Positions 50,848 through 64,000 of a stretch of 64,000 bases of DNA are shown here, in pieces; the first letter of the stretch is position 1, and each line of letters opens with the position of its first letter. The DNA is from Stappiaceae bacterium. Lineage in GTDB: Bacteria > Pseudomonadota > Alphaproteobacteria > Rhizobiales > Stappiaceae. The position numbers were made by a program, and so were the translations under genes. The notes under the pieces are model-generated. The model did not search any database. It saw only the letters and a list, made by a program, of their open reading frames with translations, and had not been told where the DNA came from. Location of the stretch: the NCBI GenBank assembly GCA_964291365.2, contig OZ219975.1, positions 693 through 64,692 of the forward strand. Reading direction: 5' to 3'.

Positions 50848-51900
50848 ATTGTTTGAAGCCATATTAGATCAAAGGCTTTTGTAGTGCAATAAATTCCATA
50901 CTGCCAACAGCAGTTCAATATTTTCCAGTGGCAAATAGAAAAATTGTTGTGTTAACTAATTGAGTTGTCTACATCATGTCTGACCAAACTACATGTGTAT
51001 AATTGCAGGGAGCATCCACAAAAACCAGGTTGATGGTACACAAAAAAATCCCCTAGAAGGTCACTTCATGCATACAGTTGCAGAATGTTCCAGCCAGTAT
51101 GCAGGGTATGTGAGCCAAAGGATTAGCAGTTGGAGCTGTACTGTGGCAGGTTAACTGACCTCAGGGACAGTGAGTAGAGGAACCAGGCTTGTAGGCCTAC
51201 TGCTCCAGCTGCTGATTCTTTTGCTCATAATGTCTGGGACGTTCAGAATATAATCGAATTGGGCTCAGCCCAACAAAGCTTAGTTCACCTTGGCAGTGGT
51301 GCTGGCAGGATACTCAGCAAAAGCAGCTGTAGACCCTCGTTTATTCACCGATCATCATCCGAAAAGACGCCGCTCTGTCACAGTGGTATCTTGTCCATGC
51401 AGGTTCGAAACTCGCGATCAAGTCGTAGCTCGAACCATGCTCGAACGTACCGGCCTCGTTTCACAAGATCGGTGGTCATCAAACGTAGGATCATCAGTGA
51501 TTCAAACGATCTCCCCACTCTGGCTTGAGTAGCGAAGGTAGCGTGGCACGATAGAATCGCTCGCTTGTCGAACTGGAAAATGATCGGATCCACAGCCTCG
51601 CTGATAGCCTAGCTAGTTTTGAACGTCAGTGATTCAGCTCCACTCTGACTCGAGTAGTGAGGGTAGCACAACCTGATCGCTCGTTCAACTGGACATCGGA
51701 TCCACAGCTTTGCAAATGGCCTAGCTAGTTTGAACACTAGATTCACACAATAAACCAGTTAATGTACCGCTTTTTCTCGTTCCATACGGGAGTTATTACA
51801 CTCGGGGCGTGGCTCAAGGGCAAATACAGCACTTGGCTTCGCCTCGTGCTGTATTTGCCTCTCGCACCGCCCCCCGTGCAATCGAAGGGGCACATTGACT
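50848..51900. mobile_element. Unclassified 1.05-kb insertion (copy 2 of 3059-4110)
   Basis: It is the duplicate of 3059-4110. The flanking repeats are AGTATTTATT (50838-50847) and AATATTTCTT (51901-51910). Confidence 0.6.
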
Positions 51901-51901
51901 A

Positions 51902-53160
<1,259 letters not shown>

Positions 53161-53270
53161 GTGTGTGCGTGCGTGTGTGTGTGACGTGTGTGTGTGTTTG
53201 TGTGTGTAAGAGAGGGAGAGGGTGATATTGTGTATTGTATTATGATCATTGTATTGAAAACAATAATATG

Positions 53271-55987
53271 TGTGTGTGAGTAATGTGCGTGTATACATGT
53301 AAAACTTCAGCTTGTTGTGTATCAGAGCGAGCGATTGGAATGTACTGAGCATTTAGGACTTGCCTGCTGTTAAGGTGGCACATCTTTCAACAGTAAGACT
53401 CGGCTAAGATGGCACATCTTTAAGCTGAATGAGCATAACAGCGTGCGAGTTATGTGCGTGTGTACATGTGAAACTTGAGCTTATTGTGTATCAGAGCGAG
53501 CGATTAGAATGTACCAAGCATTAAAGACTAGCCTGCTGTTAAGATAGCACATCTTTCAAAAGTAGGACTCAGCTAAGATGGCACATCTTTAAGCTGAATG
53601 AGGATATGAGTGTGTGAGTAATGTACGTGTGTACATGTGAAACTTCAGCTTGTGTATCAGAGCAACCAACTGGAATGTACCGAAGATTTAGGACTAGCCT
53701 GCTGTTAAGTTGGCACATATTTCACAGTAAGACTCAGCTAAGATGGTACATATTTAAGCTGAATGAGTATACGAATGTGAGAGTAATATGCGTGTGTACA
53801 TGTGAAACTTCAGTTTGTAGTGTATCAGAGCGAGCGATTGGAATGTACCGAGCATTAAGGACAAGCCTGCTGTTAAGATGGCACATCTTTCAACAGTAAG
53901 ACTCAGCTAAGATGGCACATCTTTAAGCTGAATGAGCATAAGAGTGTGTGAGTAGTGTACGTGTGTACATGTGAAACTTTAGCTTGTTGTGTATCAGAGC
54001 GAGCGAATGGAATGTACCGAGCATTTAGGACTAGCCCGCTGTTAAGATGGCACTTCTTTCAACAGTAAGACTCAGCTAAGATCGCACATTTTTAAGCTGA
54101 ATAAGCATAAGAATGTGTGAGTAATGTACGTGTGTACATGTGAAACTTCAGCTTGTTGTGGAGCGAGCAATTGGAATGTTCTGAGCATTTAGGACTAGCA
54201 TGCTGTTAAGATGGCAAATCTTTCAACAGTGAGACTCTGCTAAGATGGCTCATCTTTAAGCTGAATGAGCATAAGAATGTGTGAGTAATGTACGTGTGTA
54301 CATGTGAAACTTCAGCTAGTAGTGTATCAGAGTGAGCGATTGGAATGCATCGAGCATTTAGGACTAGCCTGCTGTTAAGATGGCACATCTTTCCATAGTA
54401 AAGCTCAGCTAAGATGGCACATCTTTAAACTGAATGAGCATAAGAATGTATGAGTAATGTACGTGTGTACATGTGAAACTTCAGCTTGTTGTGTATCAGA
54501 GCGAGCATTTAGGACAAGCCTGCTGTTAAGATGGCACATCTTTCAACAGTAAGACTCAGCTAAGATGACACATCTTTAAGCTGAATGAGCATAAGAGTGT
54601 GTGAGTAATGTACGTGTGTACATGAGAAACTTCAGCTTGTTGTGTATCAGAGCGAGTGATTGGAATGTATCGAGCATTTAGGTCTAGCCTGCTGTTAAAA
54701 AGGCACATCTTTCAACAGTAAGACTCAGCTAAGATGGCACATCTTTAAGCTGAATGAGCATAAGAATTTTTGAGTAATGTACGTGTGTACATGTAAAACT
54801 TCAGCTTGTTGTGTATCAGACTGAGTGATTGGAATGTATCGAGCATTAGGACTAGCCTGCTGTTAAGATGGCATATCTTTCAACAGTAAGATTCAGCTAA
54901 GATGGCACATCTTTAAGCTGAATAAGCATAATAGTGTGTGAGTAATGTACATGTGAAGCTTCAACTTGTTTTGTATCAGAGTGGGCAATTGGATAATACC
55001 GAGCATTTAGGACATTCCTACTGTTAAGATGGCACTTCTTTTAACTCTAAGACTCAGCTAAGATGGCACACCTTTAAGCTGAATGAACATAAGAATGTGA
55101 GAGTAATGTACGTGTGTACATGTGAAACTTCAGCTTCAGACTGAGTGATTGGAATGTATCGAGCATTAGGACTAGCCTGCTGTTAAGATGGCACATCTTT
55201 CAACAGTAAGATTCAGCTAAGATGGCACATCTTTAAGCTGAATGAGCATAATAGTGTGTGAGTAATGTACATGTGAAGCTTCAACTTGTTTTGTATCAGA
55301 GTGGCAATTGGATAATACCGAGCATTTAGGACAATCCTGCTGTTAAGATGGCACTTCTTTTAACTCTAAGACTCAGCTAAGATGGCACACCTTTAAGCTG
55401 AATGAACATAAGAATGTGAGAGTAATGTACGTGTGTACATCTGAAACTTCAGCTTGTTGTGGAGTGAGTGATTGGAATGTACTGAGCGTTTAGGACTAGC
55501 CTGCTGTTAAAATGGCACATCATTCAACAGTAAGACTCAGCTAAGATGGCTCATCTTTAAGCTGAATGAGCATAAGAATTTGTGAGTAATGTATGTGTGT
55601 ACATGTAAAACTTCAGCTTCAGAGTGAGCGATTGGAATGTATCGAGCATTTAGGACTAGCCTGCTGTTAAGATGGTACATCTTTAATCTGAATGAGCATA
55701 GTAGTGTGTGAGTATTGTACGTGTGTACATGTGAAACTTCTGCTTGTTGTGGAGCGAGTGGTTGGAATGTACTCAGCATATAGGACTAGCCTTCTGTTAA
55801 GATGGCACATCTTTCAACAGCTAAGATGGCACATCTTTAAGCTGAATGATCATTAGAGTGTGTGAGTAATGTACATGTGTACATGTGAAACTTCAGCTTG
55901 TTGAGGAGTGAGCGATTGGAATGTACTGAGCATTTAGGACTAGCCTGCTGTTAAAATGGCACATCTTTCAATAGTAAGACTGCTTGT
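53271..55987 (+). repeat. 169-bp satellite array (copy 2 of 5465-8705)
   Basis: It is collinear with copy 1 except for 4 missing monomers and one duplication of about 320 bp. Confidence 0.95.
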
Positions 55988-59200
<3,213 letters not shown>

Positions 59201-59320
59201 TGTGTATCAGAGCGAGTGATTGGAATGTTCCTAGCATTCTAGTGACTAGTAAGATGGCACATCTTTAAGTTGAAAGGTTATGAGAGTGTGTGAGCCATAG
59301 GCTCGTGTACATGAGTTTCG

Positions 59321-59863
59321 TTGGCTATGGGGAAGTGTTTGGAACACATTCCTCCATACCAAAAGTACCTAGTATTGATGAATGTCCATCTCATCGTATA
59401 AAAACTTGCATAATTATGTAGGTTGTTATAAGCATCAATTATTATTATAGAATCAGTTCATGGCTACTATGAATGTCGTTGGAAGTAGAGAGAGCTGAAA
59501 AAGTGCTGAAGAGGAAAATGAAAAGCAGGAAGCATTCTAGTTTTAGCTGTGATTGACTAACTACACCAACTGAGTGGATGTAGTAGTCGGTGGCGGGCCA
59601 TGCGGTCTGATGGGACAGACGGATCATAGAGACGGAGTCACACGACGGACAATACTGGATAAAACGGAGTAACTAGACGGACTCAGCACAGATCTGATAA
59701 CGGACTCAGTGAAATAGTCCGTAAAAAGTGGTCCCAATACGGGCGACAATGGTACTCGTTATCCTGGACATCGGAGATTCCGTTCAAAGCTCGTCTATTC
59801 GGCGAACGCGGACATCGTTCTCCCTGTATACGTGCGCAGTTCACGCGGCTACGTTTTACAGTG
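59321..59863 (+). mobile_element. Right arm of a CACTA/CMC-like element (copy 2 of 8816-9362)
   Basis: It is the duplicate of 8816-9362 and ends in cgttttacagtg (59852-59863). Confidence 0.75.
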
Positions 59864-61047
59864 TGTGTGTATTAGAGCAAGCGATTGGAATATACTGAGC
59901 ATTTAGGACTAGCCTGCTGTTAAGATGGCACATCTTTTAACAGAAAAATTCAGTTTAGATGGCACATCACTAAGCTGATAGGGTATAAATGTGTGTGAGT
60001 AATGTGTGTGTGGAAATGTGAAACTTCAGCTTATTACGTATCAGAGCGAGCAATTAGAATGTACCGAACATTAACGGCTAGCCTGCTGTTAAGATAGCAC
60101 ACCTAGCAACGGTAAGACTCAGCTATGACGGCACACCTTAAAGCTGAATGAGCATAAGAGTGTGTGAGTAATGTACGTGCGTACATATGAAACTTCAGCT
60201 TGTTGTGTATCAGAGCGAGCAATTGGAATGTACTAAGCATTTAATACTCGCGTGCTGTTAAGATAGCCCATCTTTCAACAGTAAGACTCAACAAAGATGG
60301 CACATCTTTAAGCTGAATGAGCATAAGAGTGTGTGAGTAATGTGCGTGTGTACATATGAAACTTGAGATTTTTGTGTATCAGAGCGAGAAATTTGAATGT
60401 ACCGAGCATCTATGTCTAGCCTGCTGTTAAGATGGCTCTTTTATCAACAGTTTGATTCGGCTAAGATGGCACATCTTTGAACTGAATCAGTAAAAGAGTT
60501 TGTGAGTAATCTACGTGCGTACATGTGAAACTTCAGCTTGTTGTGTATCAGAGTGAGTGATTGGAATGTCCTGAGCATACAAGAAAAGCCTGCTGTTAAG
60601 ATGGCACATCTTTCAACAGTAGGACCCATCTTAGATGGCACATCTTCAAGCTGAACGTGCATAAGAGTGTGTGAGTGATGTACGTGCGTACATGTGAAAC
60701 TTCAGCTTCAAGGTTGTGTATCAGAGCGAGCGATTGGAATGTACCGAGCATTTAGGACTAGCCTTCTGTTTAGGTGGCATATATTTCATCTGTAAAACTC
60801 AGCTAACATGGCACATCTTTAAGCTGAGAGGGTATAAGCGAGTGAGAATAACGTGCTTGTGTATAATTATGAGCTTGTTGTGCTTCACAGCAAATGATTG
60901 GAGTTTACCAAACGTCTGTGTGACTAGCCAGCTGTTAAGATGGCACATTCTTCAACAGTAAGACTCAGCTAATATGGCACATCTTTAAGCTGAAAAGGTA
61001 TAAGAGTGTGTGAGTATTGTGTGTGTGTACATGTGAAACTTCAGCTG
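59864..61047 (+). repeat. 169-bp satellite array
   Basis: It is the duplicate of 9363-10356 plus the segment that is inverted in copy 1. Confidence 0.9.
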
Positions 61048-61056
61048 GTTGTGTGG

Positions 61057-61699
61057 TAGCGTCGTCCCCAGGCTCATTGAAGGGAGGAGAAAGGGCCTTG
61101 TACACACTGTCTGCGCATGCTCCGTTACCCTAAGAATTTTAGGGGATCAGATACTATTGTATACTTGTCCGCTCACAAATCCGCGTACATGTCCGTGTTC
61201 TCAGTTTGTTGCTGGACACTTGCCCTTTGAACCACATAGTGATAGTGTTATTCAACTACAAGCAAATCAGTTTTGTGAAATATCGTTGCCTATGTGCCCT
61301 TCAAGCGATCGCGAAGGGTGACGATGTTAAAAAGGACTGGCGAAGAAGCTGACTATGCTGCCTCTTTTGTTACTGAAATCGTTTTTAAGGCCAAGTTGGA
61401 CAGCCGTACGGGAGAGTGATTTCTTGGCTCTTTCACTTAACATACGATCGGTATTGATAGTCTAGAAGTAGTTCCTATCCTTGAAAAGCCTGAAACTTGG
61501 GCTGTATAGCTTGTGTATGTTCAACGTTCAAGACTGCTCCGTATTCATAGTCCGCACAGCTTCTCGGTATACTTAGCCGCGTGTTGGCAAAAGTATCCGA
61601 TAAGTCTTACGGCGAATTTTACAGAGAAACTTGGCGCATGCGCATTCAGTGTGTATCAGGCCCCTTCTCCTCCCCTCAAAGGACCTGGGGACGAGGCTA
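61057..61699. mobile_element. MULE-like MITE (643 bp), intact copy
   Basis: The TIRs of about 65 bp are TAGCGTCGTCCCCAGGCTCATTGAAGGGAGGAGAAAGGGCCTTGTACACACTG.. and ..GCGCATGCGCATTCAGTGTGTATCAGGCCCCTTCTCCTCCCCTCAAAGGACCTGGGGACGAGGCTA. The 9-bp TSD is GTTGTGTGG (61048-61056) versus GTTGTGTTG (61700-61708). Confidence 0.8.
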
Positions 61700-62225
61700 G
61701 TTGTGTTGTAGAGCGAGAAGATCAAATGTTCCGAGCATTGAGGTGCATAACCAGCTGTTGAGATGGCTCATCTTTCAATAGTAAGACTCAGCTAAGATGG
61801 CACATCCTTATACTGAAAGTGCATGGGCGTCGGAAGCATATAGAGAGTGGGGGGCTCTTGAATACAGTAAGTGCACGCAAAGCACGTGCAAAATTTTTAG
61901 AGACGACGCCCGGGACACACCCCTACAGTGTGCTAGCGCGATCCACGTAGTTCAGTCTTGTGAACATGCAAAACTAAGCTAGCGCAAAGCAAGGTGAAAT
62001 ACATTGTTATAGATATGTACAAAATGTAATAAACTGTCCTGTTGCGATCGGCATGCGCTAGACTAGACGCGCACACGAACGCGCCTGCGCGCGCACGATC
62101 ACACGATGCCTTAATGTAAAAAAAAATACCAGACCACGCCTACCCTGAATGTAAAAAAAGGGGGGGCATGTTCCCCCTGATCCCCCGGGTGCGATGCCTA
62201 TGGAGTGTGTGAGTAAAGTGCGTGT

Positions 62226-62787
62226 CATATCAAGAAGTTTAGTACAAAAAATGATCATGTTTAACTCGCATTAATAGAGCATTAATGCAAAGAATGCAGT
62301 GCGAGTAGGCGTGAGGCGGTGCTAGTCACACCTTTCTGCAGAGTATGCTCCATAGAGATGCATTAGCTCTCTACAACTTCTCTTGTCTTGAGTTGCAAGC
62401 AAATCGGCAGAGAGACGGAAGCAGATACGCGTACAACTCTTGTACCAGTCAAAAGCTCATTCATTTAGCTACATGGGACTGACCTACAATTTTCGATTTG
62501 AGCTTGTATACTGGAGATATTGCTCTGTTTATGACAGGATGTCTTCAATCTTCCAAAGGGACTAGTGTTAAACACAATAATAAAAACGGCAGACAGACGA
62601 AGCCCCACCCCCCATTAACTTAGGTATCAGAAGATAGCTTAAGGTCTATAGAAAGTGATGCTGACCTACAATTGTTGATTTATAACTTTCATAAAGAGAA
62701 ATTCACAAAAATATCATCTGCTTCCATACATACAATACATTCAGTCAAGGTGCGACAAAGTGAAATGATCACCTACTTCTTGATATG
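62226..62787. mobile_element. Unclassified 562-bp TIR element, copy-2-specific, no detectable TSD
   Basis: The 13-bp TIRs are perfect: CATATCAAGAAGT and ACTTCTTGATATG. Joining the flanks gtgcgtgt and gtacatg reproduces the copy-1 sequence exactly (junction at 14613/14614). Confidence 0.8.
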
Positions 62788-64000
62788 GTACATGTGAAAC
62801 TTCAGCTGTTGCGTATCAGAGCGGGCATTTGGAACGTACAGATTATTAAGGACTAGCCTGCTGTTAAGTTGGTACATCTTTCAACTGTAAGTGTCTGCTA
62901 AGTTGGCACATCTTTAAGCTGAATGAGCATAAGAATGTGTGAGTATTGTACGTGCGTACATGTGAAACCAGCTTGTTGCGTGTCAGAGCGAGCGATTGGA
63001 ATGTACATGTACTTAGCATTTAGGACTAGCCTGCTGTTAAGATGACACATATTTCAACAGTAAGACTCAGCTAAGATTGGAATGTACTGAGCATTTAGGA
63101 CTAGCGTGCTGTTAAGATGGCACATCTTTCATCAGTAAGATGGCACATCTTTAAGCTGAAAGAGCATAAAAGAGAGTGTGTGTAATGTACGTGGGTACGT
63201 GTGAATCATTGTGCATCAGAGCGAGTGATTGGACTGTATTGAGTATTTAGGACTAGCCTGCTGTTAAGATGACTCATCTTTCAACAGTAGGACTTAGCTA
63301 TGATGGCACATCTTTAGCCTGAAAGAGCATAAGCGTTTGTGAGTAATGTGCGTGTGTACATTTGAAACTTCAGCTTGTTGTGTATCAGAGCGAGTGTACC
63401 GAGCATCTACTTCTAGCCTGCAGTTAAGATGGTACATTTTTCAATAGTAAGACTCAGCTAAGTTGGCACATTTTAAAGCTGAATGAGCATAAGAGTGTGT
63501 GAGTACGTGCGTGCATGTCACAGTGAAATTTCAGATTGTTGTGTATCAGAGCGAGCGAATGGAATGTACATGTATCATGCAATAAGGACTAGTCTGCTAT
63601 GAAGATGACACGTCTTTCAACAGTAAGACTTAGCTAAGATGGTACATCTTTAAGCTGAATGAGCATAAGCGTGTGTGAGTAATGTACCTGCATACGTGCG
63701 AAAGTTGAGCATGTTGTGTATCAGAGCAAGAGATTGGAGTGTACCGAGCATTTATGACTAGCCCGCTGTAATGATGGCACATCTTTCAACGGTAAGATTC
63801 TGCTAATGTAGCACATCTTTAAGCTGAAAGAGCATGAGTATTTTATGTGCGTACATGTGAAATTCCAGCCCGTTGTGTATAAGAGTGAGCGATTGGAAAG
63901 TACATGTACTGAGCATTGAGGACTAGCCTGCTGTTAAAATGGCACATCTTTAAACAGGTTCAGCTAAGATGGAAGCTTAATGAGCGTAAGTGTATGCGAG
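62788..64000 (+). repeat. 169-bp satellite array (copy 2 of 14614-15837)
   Basis: It is collinear with copy 1 and runs off the window. Confidence 0.95.

Overview
The window is eukaryotic, probably metazoan, repeat-dense DNA. It is not a prokaryotic locus and I found no operon-like or defence-type system. The evidence is GT-AG introns, a non-LTR reverse-transcriptase remnant, many TIR/TSD-bounded DNA transposons and MITEs, satellites and microsatellites.

Architecture:
1. A direct segmental duplication pairs 1-15837 with 46446-64000 (spacing 46445 bp). Both copies are cut by the window edges. They differ by discrete TE insertions, one 379-bp inversion and satellite monomer gains and losses.
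2. A 169-bp satellite fills roughly a quarter of the window (my estimate from block coordinates).
3. A second satellite has a 330-405 bp unit and carries GCGCATGCGC palindromes and poly-G tracts.
4. A 5.2-kb A-poor minisatellite is built on an 18-bp unit.
5. A 4.0-kb TIR transposon at 29639-33655 holds an apparently intact four-exon transposase gene of 769 codons. A deletion derivative and related MITEs are also present.
6. A decayed paralogous transposase is present in both duplication copies.
7. There is a HECT-domain pseudogene or fragment, a 5'-truncated LINE, a hAT-like element, MULE-like elements, a TA-flanked MITE and several unclassified TIR elements.

The most interesting result concerns the 169-bp satellite. 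It sits as internal cargo inside a TIR transposon family (CACAGGAAAA[C/T]G termini, 3-bp TSD, ACGG-rich subterminal arms, so CACTA/CMC-like). One such element inserted into an array of its own satellite after the duplication, and the empty site is preserved in the other copy.

All coordinates were read by eye and may be off by a few bp. Family names are inferences from structure and motifs; no database search was run.
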